IMG/VR virus record: IMGVR_UViG_3300048606_000101
Location: 1-39,983 of that record
Length of the DNA: 39,983 nt
Source of the DNA: a virus
Taxonomy: Duplodnaviria; Caudoviricetes
Strand: one strand, 5' to 3'
Positions 1 to 9,268 of this stretch are shown here, piece by piece. How positions within the stretch are numbered: the first letter of the stretch is position 1; every line of letters begins with the position of its first letter. Below the pieces are notes generated by a model, which did no database searches, was not told the origin of the DNA, and saw only the letters and a program-made list of their open reading frames with translations. A program made the translations under genes and the position numbers.

Positions 1-127
1 GAGAGACGGCGCCGACACCAGCCACGCCGCCGGTCGTGCCGCTCGGAGCTCCGCCGGCCGCTCCGCCAATGGGGGTCGTCTCCGCGCCCACACCCGTGCC
101 GAGGTTCATGATCGTGATGCGCCCGCT
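1..127 (+). repeat. Terminal direct repeat, copy 1 (assembly circularisation overlap)
   Basis: Identical to 39857-39983; 127 nt equals a common assembler k-mer size. Confidence 0.95.
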
Positions 128-1330
128 GTTGGCGCCGCCTCCGCCGGTGCCGCCGCCGCCGCCCGTGTTGCCAGCGCCACCGACGCCGCCGTTGCCACCC
201 GAGCACTCGAGCGCATTCGTGGCCGGTGTGCCCGCTAGCGCCGCGTAGGCGAGATAGAGCCACCCTCCTGCTCCGCCGCCGCCTGCCCCGCCTCCGCCCG
301 CTCCAGCGCCGCCTGCGGCCGCGCCAGCCCCGCCGGCGCCGCCGATCACGCGAATGGCGCCCGCCGCCGTCGAGCCGCCGCGGTCAATGATCCGGGCGCT
401 GATGTAGAGAACTGCCGCCCCGTTGCCGCCTGCCCCGCCTCCGCCGGAGTTGACTGCCGAGCTCGAGCCCTCCCCGCCGCCGCCACCGGCCCCGCCGGCC
501 CCGCCGCCGATGACTGCCGCGCCACGCACCAGGCTGTCAGTCCACATGCGCAGCGGCGTCGGGTTAGAGGCAGTGCCGCCGCCTCGCAACGCACCGGCGG
601 CTCCAGAGCCTGTGCCGGTGCCTCCAGCAGCCCCGCCGCCGCCCTGGCCACCATTCGCCGGGTCCAGGGTCGCTGGCGCCGTCGCTTGCGCACCGCTGCC
701 ATTGGCCGCCGCGGTGCCTGCGCCGCCCGCGCTGCCGACTCCGCCGGTGCCGAGAGTGTTCTGTCCGGTATTCGAAGCCGACCCACCTCCGGATGTTCCC
801 GAGCCGGCGCCGCCCGCGCCGCCATCGCAATGGATCGCGCCAGCCGGCGCAGCGGTCAGGTCGAGCCGCTCCTGGACGTAGACGCGGTACGCATTCGTCT
901 TCAGAACCGCCGTTCCAGAAAGTGTCAGGTTCCGATAGAACATGTCCCGCACGAGCGTCGTCGTCGGCGTGGAGATGGTCACGTCGCCGTCGGAGCCGTC
1001 GCCGTAAAGCATGAGGGCGATGGCGTTATTGTCGGCGGCCGCCGCCGTCAGAAAGATGTCCTTGGTACCGGCCGCGAAACTGACCGGGCCGCCGGCGTTG
1101 CTCGACGCGAGCACCCTCGTGCGCACGAGCGTCGTGCCCGCCGTAAGCTGCCCGATGCCCACCTCCCACTCCGCCGCCGTCTGGTGCGCGATGGCGTAGT
1201 AGAACCGGTCATTCGTCGACATGGCCGACGCGAAGGTGCGGAAGTTGGAGACGGCACCGGCCAGGGTGATGTTCCCTGTCCCCGTCGTCGTCGTCGTCTC
1301 CCGTACTCTATCGGCGCTGATCCACGACAC
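1..1330 (-). CDS. Glycine-rich tail fibre protein, about 447 aa; continues across the junction to a stop at 39843
   Basis: Absent from the ORF track. GTG at 1330 gives VSWISADRVRETTTTTGTGNITLAGAVSNFRTF...EWEVGIG, a common phage fibre N-terminus, then YGDGSDGDVTIS and GGAGG repeats. No in-frame stop to base 1; ends ...GAVSRVTL* at 39843, overlapping the next ATG. Confidence 0.85.
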   Translation of the reverse strand, partial: MSWISADRVRETTTTTGTGNITLAGAVSNFRTFASAMSTNDRFYYAIAHQTAAEWEVGIGQLTAGTTLVRTRVLASSNAGGPVSFAAGTKDIFLTAAAADNNAIALMLYGDGSDGDVTISTPTTTLVRDMFYRNLTLSGTAVLKTNAYRVYVQERLDLTAAPAGAIHCDGGAGGAGSGTSGGGSASNTGQNTLGTGGVGSAGGAGTAAANGSGAQATAPATLDPANGGQGGGGAAGGTGTGSGAAGALRGGGTASNPTPLRMWTDSLVRGAAVIGGGAGGAGGGGGEGSSSAVNSGGGGAGGNGAAVLYISARIIDRGGSTAAGAIRVIGGAGGAGAAAGGAGAGGGGAGGGGAGGWLYLAYAALAGTPATNALECSGGNGGVGGAGNTGGGGGTGGGGANSGRITIMNLGTGVGAETTPIGGAAGGAPSGTTGGVAGVGAVS

Positions 1331-1338
1331 GGGTCACC

Positions 1339-2034
1339 TCACTGAAACTTGATGGTCGTGCCGGTCTCGATGATCGGCGTGACGTTTTGGGTGACCGCGA
1401 TGGGCGTGATTTTCTGGCAGGTGCCCTGCCCGACCGCGGTGATGTCGACCGTCGTCCCGAGGTCCGTCGTCGATACCGTGAAGGTGTTGGCGTCCGGCGC
1501 AGTCCGCACGAAGTACACCGTCCCCTCGGTGAGCCCAGTCGGCAGAGAGCCCGGCTCGTACTGCCAGAAGACGACGCGGTCGGAGACGGCGAGCCCATGC
1601 GCGTAGCTCGTGATGGTGTCGCTCGTCGCCGCGGTGAAAGGCTGAGGGGCAGGCCCAATGCCGCCGCGAGCGTAGAGATTGCCGGCGCCAGACACGGCCG
1701 AGCCGAGCGAGAAGAACATGGCCGAAACGGAGGCGCCCGCGTCGGTGCGCTTGCCGAAAGACACCGTGACCGCTGGCGAGACGTTCTTGCTCGCCACCGT
1801 GAAGCCCGCCGCGCCAGCGCGAGACACCGCCGCCCGCGCGTAGCCTGTGTACGCAATCTCGCCCGTGGTCTGCGAGCCAGCGTCGCCGGGGTCGGTCGTG
1901 TGAAGGGCCCAGTAAATCGACCCGTCTGCCGTGCTGTTCTGGAGGCCAGTCGCGTCGCCTACGTTCGCGTGGTCGGCGTTCTGAAAGTAGTGCGCGAGAA
2001 GCGCCGTGACGAATGAAGTGGTGAGCATCGACAT
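1339..2034 (-). CDS. Virion structural / tail fibre-associated protein
   Basis: Likely start MSMLTTSF (2034); motif IYWALHTTDPGDAG...EIAYTGYARAAV is typical of phage tail-fibre-associated proteins. Confidence 0.75.
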   Translation of the reverse strand: MSMLTTSFVTALLAHYFQNADHANVGDATGLQNSTADGSIYWALHTTDPGDAGSQTTGEIAYTGYARAAVSRAGAAGFTVASKNVSPAVTVSFGKRTDAGASVSAMFFSLGSAVSGAGNLYARGGIGPAPQPFTAATSDTITSYAHGLAVSDRVVFWQYEPGSLPTGLTEGTVYFVRTAPDANTFTVSTTDLGTTVDITAVGQGTCQKITPIAVTQNVTPIIETGTTIKFQ

Positions 2035-2039
2035 GGGGG

Positions 2040-2222
2040 TTACTCCTTGAACCGAGCGTCGAGCTCGGCCTGCGCGGATTGCTCGACCCCGAGACGGAGG
2101 CTCGCGCGAAGCGCCTCGATGGTGTCGATGGGGCTCTCCCCCTTGCGAGCGGAGGCTTCGAGGATGTCGCCAGCCAAGCTCGAGAGGGCAGTTACGACCG
2201 CGGTCACGTCGGCGATGTTCAT
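2040..2222 (-). CDS. Small hypothetical protein (lysis cluster)
   Basis: MNIADVTAVVTALSSLAG...; ATGA-coupled to the upstream gene. Confidence 0.6.
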   Translation of the reverse strand: MNIADVTAVVTALSSLAGDILEASARKGESPIDTIEALRASLRLGVEQSAQAELDARFKE

Positions 2223-2494
2223 TTGCCGTCTCCACAGGTGAGCGCGATGCCTCGCCCACGGAATAGCTCCGCGCACGCTGGGTCGTTTTCCGACAGGTAA
2301 CGCATGTCGGCCGCCGCCTCGAGACAGGTGCGGGACGACTGGATGATTTGCGAAAGCCTCCCGCGGCAGGTCGCGGCGTCCACAGTTAGCGCGGCGGACT
2401 CGGCCTTCTTCTGCGGCGTGCACCCAGAGCCGAAGAGAATCCAGCCGACGAAGAGAGCCCAGCCGCTCGCGCGCTTCAGTCTCTTGCTGATCAT
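2219..2494 (-). CDS. Lipoprotein, possible o-spanin-like
   Basis: Basic N-terminus, hydrophobic stretch, lipobox FGSG|C, four further Cys; directly follows a holin candidate. Confidence 0.6.
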   Translation of the reverse strand: MISKRLKRASGWALFVGWILFGSGCTPQKKAESAALTVDAATCRGRLSQIIQSSRTCLEAAADMRYLSENDPACAELFRGRGIALTCGDGK

Positions 2495-2688
2495 GGCGTC
2501 TTCTCCGTGACGACGCCCTTGGCGCCGCTCTTTCCCTGCGCCCGGCGAATGGCCCCGACGATGTCGAGCGGGAGAATGGACAACATTGCCCTGGCCCACG
2601 GTTCGGCGGCCACGCCAAGCGCGTGCAGTGCCGTGGTCAACGCGGTGATTGCAACGATGAGCTCCACCAGGAGTTTAGCCGTGTCCAT
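2491..2688 (-). CDS. Putative holin
   Basis: 65 aa with two hydrophobic segments (LLVELIVAITALTTALHALGV; AMLSILPLDIVGAI) and a basic C-terminus. Confidence 0.5.
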   Translation of the reverse strand: MDTAKLLVELIVAITALTTALHALGVAAEPWARAMLSILPLDIVGAIRRAQGKSGAKGVVTEKTP

Positions 2689-2977
2689 TGTGCCCTTCTT
2701 CCTCTTCAACTTCTCCGTCGAGAATGGTCATGCGAGCGGCGAGCCTGTTGCCCCGCCGCGATACGCGCTGGATGTCGTCGTCGAACGACGCGACGCGATT
2801 GGTCAACGTCACCAGAATATTTTTCATCTCGCCGAGGAGCGCATTCACCTCGATGAACTTGTCCTTCAGCTCCTGTACGCTCTCTTCGGACGCGAACGGT
2901 GGGAGCGTCGAGTGATGCTTGAAGTCCTCCCCCGCTTCTGGCGGGACGGTGTCTCTCGGGGGCGGTATCTCGTTCAT
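2675..2977 (-). CDS. Hypothetical coiled-coil protein
   Basis: MNEIPPPRDTVPP...; translationally coupled to the upstream gene. Confidence 0.6.
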   Translation of the reverse strand: MNEIPPPRDTVPPEAGEDFKHHSTLPPFASEESVQELKDKFIEVNALLGEMKNILVTLTNRVASFDDDIQRVSRRGNRLAARMTILDGEVEEEEGHNGHG

Positions 2978-3297
2978 GGTCGGTCTTTCTTCTGCTGCGT
3001 CAATTGCGCGTAGAGGAGCGCGCTGTCGGCCCGCTGGCGGACTTCCTTCAGCTCTTTGCGGTCCTCTTTCTGCGCGTCCTGTAGCGACTCGACGTTCTTC
3101 GCCATCACCAGGAGCTCGCCGCGTAGTTTCTCGCCCTCGTGCTCGAGCCGGTCGATGTAGCCGCGCACCTGCCATGAGACGGTTGCCGTCGTCGAGAGCA
3201 CCGTGAACACCGCCGTGCCGAGCGCCCACACGACCTTCATGCGCTTCTCGTGCAGAGCCTTGCTCATCAGCTGCTCCATGTAGGAAAGCTCGCCCAT
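2974..3297 (-). CDS. Single-TM coiled-coil membrane protein (lysis accessory / i-spanin-like candidate)
   Basis: TM segment VVWALGTAVFTVLSTTATVSW followed by a heptad-rich region. Confidence 0.55.
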   Translation of the reverse strand: MGELSYMEQLMSKALHEKRMKVVWALGTAVFTVLSTTATVSWQVRGYIDRLEHEGEKLRGELLVMAKNVESLQDAQKEDRKELKEVRQRADSALLYAQLTQQKKDRP

Positions 3298-3605
3298 CAC
3301 ATCCGCTCCACTTCGCGGAAGTTGGACGTTGCATCCTTCCACGTCGCGTCCTGGTCGAGGTCCTGCCGCGTCGCCGTGCCGATGGGGACGCGGACCTCTT
3401 TGCCGACGATGACGGGGTCCTCGGGGTAGGCCCACTGGTTGCGGACGGGGTGCCGGAGTACCGCCGCGTAACGGACCGTCTGCCCACGGGGAGCGGCCGC
3501 ACCGCCCGGGGTGACGACGTTAGGCCGCGGGTAGCCGAACTCGGCGTCGATGCCGGCGGAGAAGGCGTCGGCGGAGGCCTGCGAAGTGAAGATGAGGTGA
3601 GGCAT
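3297..3605 (-). CDS. Hypothetical protein (possible fibre assembly chaperone)
   Basis: MPHLIFTSQASADAF...; coupled directly downstream of a LamG-type protein. Confidence 0.6.
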   Translation of the reverse strand: MPHLIFTSQASADAFSAGIDAEFGYPRPNVVTPGGAAAPRGQTVRYAAVLRHPVRNQWAYPEDPVIVGKEVRVPIGTATRQDLDQDATWKDATSNFREVERM

Positions 3606-4615
3606 TACATTGCCCATGGGGCGCGCGCGGCCATGCCGTTGTGCAGGGCGAGTACGACCTCCGGGGGTAGCGGCGAGGCCCATACCTGTTCCTCGCGAAT
3701 GACGCCGCGGAGCCCTTGTGTCCCGCCCTGTTGCGCGCCGATGTAGAGGGGCCCCGTCGCCGTGGCCAGTCCAGGGTCGGCCACGAAGACGTCCGTCGTG
3801 GTAACGGGGGCGCCGTTCTTGTAAAGAAGGTTGGTCGCGTGCGTGCCGTTGTACGTCATGGCCACTGTTCTCCGCACGGCGTCAGCTCCCCATCCGGAGG
3901 CAACGGCTTTGCCAGTCCTCACGCCGCCGCGAATGACACTGGTCGCGAGCGTCTCTCGCCAGATGTAGCCGCCGTTGGCGCCGGCATCGACGTTATGAAC
4001 GATCGGATGTCCTGATCCTGAGTCGCCACGGTAGGCTACGAGGAACGAAAACGCCTGGAGGTCTACGCTCGGCGTGTCCAGCTTTCTCCCGGCCGGGCCG
4101 TTGCCCCAGTCAACGCAGGAGTAACCGCCGAATCCTGCCAGGCTAAAGAGCGGCTGATTCGCCGCCGTGAGCTGCACGGCGTGGTTCCCAAGGCCGCTCT
4201 GATCGTTCCACTGCGCAACGGTGATCGCCCACGTATTGTTGATGTCGTAAGGGCCCGCTGCCATAGCGACCAAGAGCCCCGTGGTGCCGAGAGCAGTCGG
4301 CCCCGCCGCGGTGACAACGCCGCTCGTGTACGCCGCGTTCTCGTTTTCCCGCCACCTGTACGTCGCTTGTCCGAGCGCGGTGCCACCTGCCACCGAGTCG
4401 ATGTTCGCCTGGATGTTGACCTGCCGCGTCGCCGTGCCAGAGAGTGTCCAGGCCGGTGGAGCGGGCCCCCCGGCGCGCATCGTCGCGCCGTACTGGATGC
4501 CCATGTCGGCGCGCAGCCAGAGCAGGAGGCCGTACGTTTGCGCGTAGAGCATCGGATCGCCGAGACGGCGCCGGCCCTGGGCACCAGTGTTGCGGCTTCG
4601 CGACCTGACCAGCAT
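3605..4615 (-). CDS. LamG/concanavalin-A-like virion protein (candidate receptor-binding)
   Basis: LLLWLRAD, VAQWNDQSGLGNHAVQ..ANQP, LYKNG, LYIGA...G.I.E..VW motifs of LamG-like jelly-roll domains. Confidence 0.7.
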   Translation of the reverse strand: MLVRSRSRNTGAQGRRRLGDPMLYAQTYGLLLWLRADMGIQYGATMRAGGPAPPAWTLSGTATRQVNIQANIDSVAGGTALGQATYRWRENENAAYTSGVVTAAGPTALGTTGLLVAMAAGPYDINNTWAITVAQWNDQSGLGNHAVQLTAANQPLFSLAGFGGYSCVDWGNGPAGRKLDTPSVDLQAFSFLVAYRGDSGSGHPIVHNVDAGANGGYIWRETLATSVIRGGVRTGKAVASGWGADAVRRTVAMTYNGTHATNLLYKNGAPVTTTDVFVADPGLATATGPLYIGAQQGGTQGLRGVIREEQVWASPLPPEVVLALHNGMAARAPWAM

Positions 4616-4983
4616 CAGGTGGTGTACGGCTCGCTACCGACGTGCAGTCGGAGCTTGCAAGCAATGGGCGCCTTCACCACGATGCCGTTCGTTCCGGCCG
4701 GCGCGAGGTCATCGACCCGCTCGCCTGCCGAGATCCATCCGCACTGGTCGGCGGTCGTCGTGTCCGCTTCGTTGACAGTCTCTCCCGTCGTGAGAAGTGA
4801 CCAGCGATACCAGACGTCGCCCTCGGCTTTCATCGTGATCAGGCGCCGCTTGTCGAGGTCCGCCTTGATGGCCTTGCCGGTCAGGTCGACGTGCACGCTC
4901 GCCGTCGTAACGGCAATGACCGTTACCTTCCCCGTTGCCGGGCCGAGCGGCGACTGAAATTCTCTCTCTCTGCTTCCACTCAT
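4615..4983 (-). CDS. Hypothetical virion-region protein
   Basis: 122-aa ORF with GAGG RBS, in operon context. Confidence 0.65.
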   Translation of the reverse strand: MSGSREREFQSPLGPATGKVTVIAVTTASVHVDLTGKAIKADLDKRRLITMKAEGDVWYRWSLLTTGETVNEADTTTADQCGWISAGERVDDLAPAGTNGIVVKAPIACKLRLHVGSEPYTT

Positions 4984-5094
4984 GAGAGCCTCGAAGGGAC
5001 GCGTAGTCCCTGCGTTGAGCTCCCCGCAGCTGAGAAAGGGGGCCGCTTGCGCGGCGCTTCGGGCTCTCGCCCGAGTTACCGGTACCCTACCAAA
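4984..5094 (-). ncRNA. Candidate structured cis-regulatory RNA in the late operon
   Basis: Largest gap in a tightly coupled operon; GNRA-capped hairpins UCGGGC-GAGA-GCCCGA and GCCGC-GCAA-GCGGC, a GGGAC/GUCCC hairpin, and an alternative 12-bp stem covering the downstream RBS. Confidence 0.5.
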
Positions 5095-7533
5095 CTACTC
5101 GCCGAACTGCACCCTTTGGGCGGTTGTGAACATGCCCTTCGCCACGTTGCTGCTCCCTTTCTTGGGTCGATTTTGCGTCGGCGGGCCGGCCGGCTTCTTC
5201 GGCTGCCCGTTTGCCTGCGCGTACATCGCTTGGAGGTCCTGCACGAATGCCGGCGCAAGCGCCTGGTCGACCGGAGCATCGAACAGGTAGCCCAGCTGAA
5301 GCCTCGCCTGAAACGATAGCGGCGCCTTCGTCTTCGTGAGCTTCTCGACGACCTTCTCCTGAATCTCGCGGCGCATCTCGGGAAAGAGCCTCGCAAGCAC
5401 CTCGCCGTCCTCGGGCGTAATCTCGCTCTTGCCGAGACGGTCGAGAATCTCGCGCGGGCGCTCCGCCGCGTTCACCTTGCGAAGGAAGGCCGCCTGGTCG
5501 CCGGGGAGCGGCGCGCGCTTCTCGACGTGGGGCTGGAGCCCGAGAATGCCGCCGACGGGCGCCGCGATGGGAGGAAGGGATTCCTTTAGGTACTGGAGCT
5601 TCTTCGCCTGGAGCGCGCCGAGGCCCGCCGCGAGCTGAGGGGCGTGCTGCTCGACGGGGCCAATCTGCGCCGCGAGCCTGTTCGTGATGGCTTCTGGCGA
5701 CGCCGCCATCTGCTGAACCTGTTCGGCGTGCCGCTCGAATGCCGTCTGCTGCGCGGCGCGCGCGATGACCGTCTCCGCCTTGGGGGCAAGCGCGTGATCG
5801 AGCAGCCCGGCCACCCCGCGCTCGATGCCGCGGTCCACGGATACCGCCGCCGCCCGCGCCGCATTCAGCGAGGCGATGCGGTTGGCCATCCCGTCGGCCA
5901 TCGAGGCAAGCACCGCGCTGCCCCGCTCGCGCACCACGTTGTGCGCCGCGCTCGAAAGAAGACCCATCCCGAAGGAGGCGACCCCGCCGACGCCGGCCGC
6001 CGCCGCTGTGACCCCAGAGCCGATGCCCGTCAGGTAGTCCGTCGGCGAGACGGCGCGGTTGCCGAGGTCGCGCACGCTCCACCTGGACGCCAGCTTGTTC
6101 GCGTCCTTCATGTCGCCGAAGAGGCGCTTTGCCGTCTGGTACTCGGTGCCGAGCTCGCCGCCGACGCCCGCCACGGTGCGGTCAATCTCGTCCTGCAAGA
6201 GCCGCCGCGCCTGGACGAGCTGCTCAGCGTGCTCTGGCGCTGGCGCCGGCATACCCATCTGCGCAGGCTTCGGTGGCTGGATGACCTTCTGGATGTCCTG
6301 CCGAGCCTTCACCAGCCGCTCGAGAGTAACGCCTTCTCCCTCGGCTGCCGCGTTGCGCAGGCTCCCCGTCTCGTCGAGGATCTTGCTCGCCCGAGCCCGC
6401 ATCGCCGCCGAGTCGCTCTGAACCAGCGGCTTCAGCACTTCTTCGTCGAGCGCCTGGAAGAACCGATTGAGGTCCGGGGCCGCCGCCTCGCCCTTCGCGA
6501 TGGCCGCGTCGACCTGCTTGTAGATCCCGCCGATGCGCGCTCCCTCATCGGCCGCTGCCCGCGCCGTCAGATCGGCGAGGTCATTGGTCGAGCGCGACGC
6601 GCCGAAGAGCTTCTCGCCGTCCTTGAACTTGTAGGTGAGAACGGTGTCGGCCACCTCGGCCATCCGCTTCTCGACCTGCGCGGGCGTGTTGCCAAAGCGC
6701 TGGATGTCGCGCTGCGTCGCCCCGAGCGCCTTGATGGCCCGCTCGTTCGCGAAGCCTCGAAAGAAGTCCTCAACGCTCTCTTTGCCGACGAGCTTGAGCC
6801 CCGCTTCGGCCGCCCGCGACACCGCCGCCTCGCCCGCCCCGAGCACGGCCCCGGCGCCAGCGCCGAACATCGCCCCGTGCCGCGCGCCGGCAAGGACCTT
6901 CTCTGCGGTGAGCTCGGTATTGCCAAGCGCCGCCTCGCTCACCTCGTGACCTACACCGTAGGCCGCGCCCTCCACCGCCCCGCCGACGGCCATGGGGACG
7001 GCGCGCTGCGCCGCCTGCCCGAGGAGCCCCTTCGCCCCCGTCCCGACGAGCCCGCGCGTAGCGCCCGCTGCTGCCTCGCCAGCCGCCGCCACGCCGCGCG
7101 GGAGGATGCCAGCGCCTCGCAGTAGCCCCCCGGCCGAGAGCCCGCCACGGGCTGCTGCGGCGCCGCCGCCGCTGGCCAGTATGGGCGCCGCTGCGCCGGC
7201 CACCTCGCCCACGGTTGCCGCGATGGGGTGCGCCTCTTGGCGCTCGCGCATCGAATTGGCGTAGTCGTCGTCGAGCGCCCTCGCCGCTGCATCGGACAGC
7301 CCAAAGGAAAGGCCCCTCGCTGCCCCCTCCGCGCCAGCTTGTAGCGTGTTGCCGAGGCCCTTTTGGCGCTCCGTTACCTCCGCGGTGCGGTACGACGCGT
7401 CGTCGATCTGCTCCCACGACCCCGAGCCGATCGCCTGCTCCGCCTGCCAGTCGGGCAGCGTGCCAATCTCACCGGTGTCGAGGTTCTTGACCTTGACGCG
7501 GCGAGAAAGCGGGCGAGGAGCGGGGAGCGGCAT
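5095..7533 (-). CDS. Internal virion / DNA ejection protein (large, Ala/Gly-rich helical)
   Basis: 812 aa; GAEGAARGLSFGLSD...HPIAATVGEVAG glycine-zipper segments typical of podovirus ejection proteins; third of three large ORFs after the nozzle. Confidence 0.7.
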   Translation of the reverse strand: MPLPAPRPLSRRVKVKNLDTGEIGTLPDWQAEQAIGSGSWEQIDDASYRTAEVTERQKGLGNTLQAGAEGAARGLSFGLSDAAARALDDDYANSMRERQEAHPIAATVGEVAGAAAPILASGGGAAAARGGLSAGGLLRGAGILPRGVAAAGEAAAGATRGLVGTGAKGLLGQAAQRAVPMAVGGAVEGAAYGVGHEVSEAALGNTELTAEKVLAGARHGAMFGAGAGAVLGAGEAAVSRAAEAGLKLVGKESVEDFFRGFANERAIKALGATQRDIQRFGNTPAQVEKRMAEVADTVLTYKFKDGEKLFGASRSTNDLADLTARAAADEGARIGGIYKQVDAAIAKGEAAAPDLNRFFQALDEEVLKPLVQSDSAAMRARASKILDETGSLRNAAAEGEGVTLERLVKARQDIQKVIQPPKPAQMGMPAPAPEHAEQLVQARRLLQDEIDRTVAGVGGELGTEYQTAKRLFGDMKDANKLASRWSVRDLGNRAVSPTDYLTGIGSGVTAAAAGVGGVASFGMGLLSSAAHNVVRERGSAVLASMADGMANRIASLNAARAAAVSVDRGIERGVAGLLDHALAPKAETVIARAAQQTAFERHAEQVQQMAASPEAITNRLAAQIGPVEQHAPQLAAGLGALQAKKLQYLKESLPPIAAPVGGILGLQPHVEKRAPLPGDQAAFLRKVNAAERPREILDRLGKSEITPEDGEVLARLFPEMRREIQEKVVEKLTKTKAPLSFQARLQLGYLFDAPVDQALAPAFVQDLQAMYAQANGQPKKPAGPPTQNRPKKGSSNVAKGMFTTAQRVQFGE

Positions 7534-9267
7534 TCAACGCCCACCGGCCCGCTGGAAGTCGTAGTTTTGCTGAGGCGCCTGCGCGCCGTGCTGCCCGGTG
7601 AAAACACCGACCCGCTTGTGGCCGCCCTTGCCGTCGGGGACCACCACCACGTTGCCGGGGGTGATGCCGTAGGTGCTCTGGAGGTTGCGCCGGTCGGAGG
7701 CGATGCCGTTCATGACGCCACCGAGCACGCGATCGCGACCGATGCCGAGGAGCGCCTTCGGGTTGCCGATGATCGACTCGCCCACCTCCTGCGTCCCCTT
7801 GTCGAGCGCGCCCATGCCCTTCGCTTCTTTGTAGGCCACGATCCACTGCCCCGAGAGGCTCTCGAGCTCGGCCCTCGCCGCCGGGTCCGCGCGCTGGTCG
7901 ACCGTCTCGCCCTTCATCTTGAGCTGCTTGGTTAGCTGCTCGAGCTTGTTGAGGCCCAGAAACTGCTCGTTCATCTTGGGAGGCGCGTCCTTGCGAAGCG
8001 CGAAGCCGCCGGCCGATTGCACGTACATCTCCGGGTCAACGTCTCCCGCTCCGCCTCCCGCCACGGTCGGCCCGACGAGTCGCGATTGCGTCGTCACGTG
8101 GTCCGCCTCGGCCTGCGCAGCCTGAATGGCCCAATCGGCGGACTTCTGCTGCAAGTCGGCATCGAGCGCGGCCGCTTGCGCCTTCAGCTTCTCCGGCGCG
8201 TTCTCCCCGACGATGGCCCCGAGCTTCGCGCGGTACGCGTCGTAGGCCTGCGCCCGGAGCGCCGCGCTCTGCGCCGTCTCCGATTCGAAGTTCTGCCGCG
8301 TGTTGGCGACCGCCGTTTGCTGCCCCTGGATGGCCCCCGCACGCCGCTCCTTATTGTCGGCCACCCAGGAGTCGACCTGCTTGTCGATCATGCTCTTGGC
8401 GACGTTCTCCGTGCCCTGGCCGCCCATCCGCTGGGCAAGCTGCCCCATCGCCACCCAGATACCCGCCGCCATCTTCGCCCCGCGCCCCTGCTCTTGCCAG
8501 TAGGCGTCTTCGTTGATGGGTTTCGAGCGGTAGTCGGCCTGCATCGACTCGAGTTTCTGCTGCGCCGCGGCGAGCGTCTCGCGGTGCGTGACCTGACGTT
8601 GTTTCTCCTCGCCGAGTTGGCGCTGCTGCTCGTCGGCCTGCGCGCGCATCTCCACGGACATCTGCCGCTGCTCTTCGGACTGCGCCTCGTAGCCGGCCAT
8701 GTTCGCGGCGCGCGCCGATAGCGTCGCTCCCTCGCGCTGGTCGCGGAGCTCTTGCGGAATGGGGACGCCCATCTGCGTCGACTCGGCGACCTTCCTCATG
8801 CCGCCGGGGTCGATCACGCGAGGCCCGGCCATTGCCGGCATCGAAGGGCCCATCAGCCCATCGCCTCCGCGCGCGCGCGCCGTCGGGCCGCGCATCTCCG
8901 GGGGAGGGGCCGCCTCGGGCTCGCTCGGCATGGTCATCGGGGCCGAGCCAGACTTGCGCAGCCCATCGACGATGGCCGCGGTGCGTGGGTCCGTCGGAGG
9001 GGGAGGAGGCGGTGGGGCCCGGCCCGCGTCGAGCACGCTCTTTGGCTGGAAGGGTTTGCCGCCCGGCATGCTGAGGCCAGGCACTTCGAAGCTCGCCGAT
9101 TCAGCGCTGCGCATGTCTGGCCCGGGGGCCGCCGCGGCGGTGAGCTCAGGGCTCATGGGCGTCGGCGCCGGCGGAGCCATCTGATTCGGCTGCTTCATGC
9201 CGAACGGCTTCGCAATCTTGAAGCCGTTGACCGTGATAGTGCCGTCTCCGTTATCGACGTAGGCCAT
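7534..9267 (-). CDS. Internal virion / DNA ejection protein
   Basis: 577 aa, Pro-rich N-terminus, Gln/Ala coiled coil; position in the ejection cluster. Confidence 0.65.
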   Translation of the reverse strand: MAYVDNGDGTITVNGFKIAKPFGMKQPNQMAPPAPTPMSPELTAAAAPGPDMRSAESASFEVPGLSMPGGKPFQPKSVLDAGRAPPPPPPPTDPRTAAIVDGLRKSGSAPMTMPSEPEAAPPPEMRGPTARARGGDGLMGPSMPAMAGPRVIDPGGMRKVAESTQMGVPIPQELRDQREGATLSARAANMAGYEAQSEEQRQMSVEMRAQADEQQRQLGEEKQRQVTHRETLAAAQQKLESMQADYRSKPINEDAYWQEQGRGAKMAAGIWVAMGQLAQRMGGQGTENVAKSMIDKQVDSWVADNKERRAGAIQGQQTAVANTRQNFESETAQSAALRAQAYDAYRAKLGAIVGENAPEKLKAQAAALDADLQQKSADWAIQAAQAEADHVTTQSRLVGPTVAGGGAGDVDPEMYVQSAGGFALRKDAPPKMNEQFLGLNKLEQLTKQLKMKGETVDQRADPAARAELESLSGQWIVAYKEAKGMGALDKGTQEVGESIIGNPKALLGIGRDRVLGGVMNGIASDRRNLQSTYGITPGNVVVVPDGKGGHKRVGVFTGQHGAQAPQQNYDFQRAGGR

Positions 9268-9268
9268 G

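Noticed and set aside
1-127. Terminal repeat as a biological DTR
   Set aside because: Length equals a standard assembler k-mer and it falls mid-gene; it marks circularity, not virion ends.
36-881. Pro-rich plus-strand ORFs (36-248, 423-881)
   Set aside because: Antisense shadows of the Gly-rich tail fibre on the minus strand.
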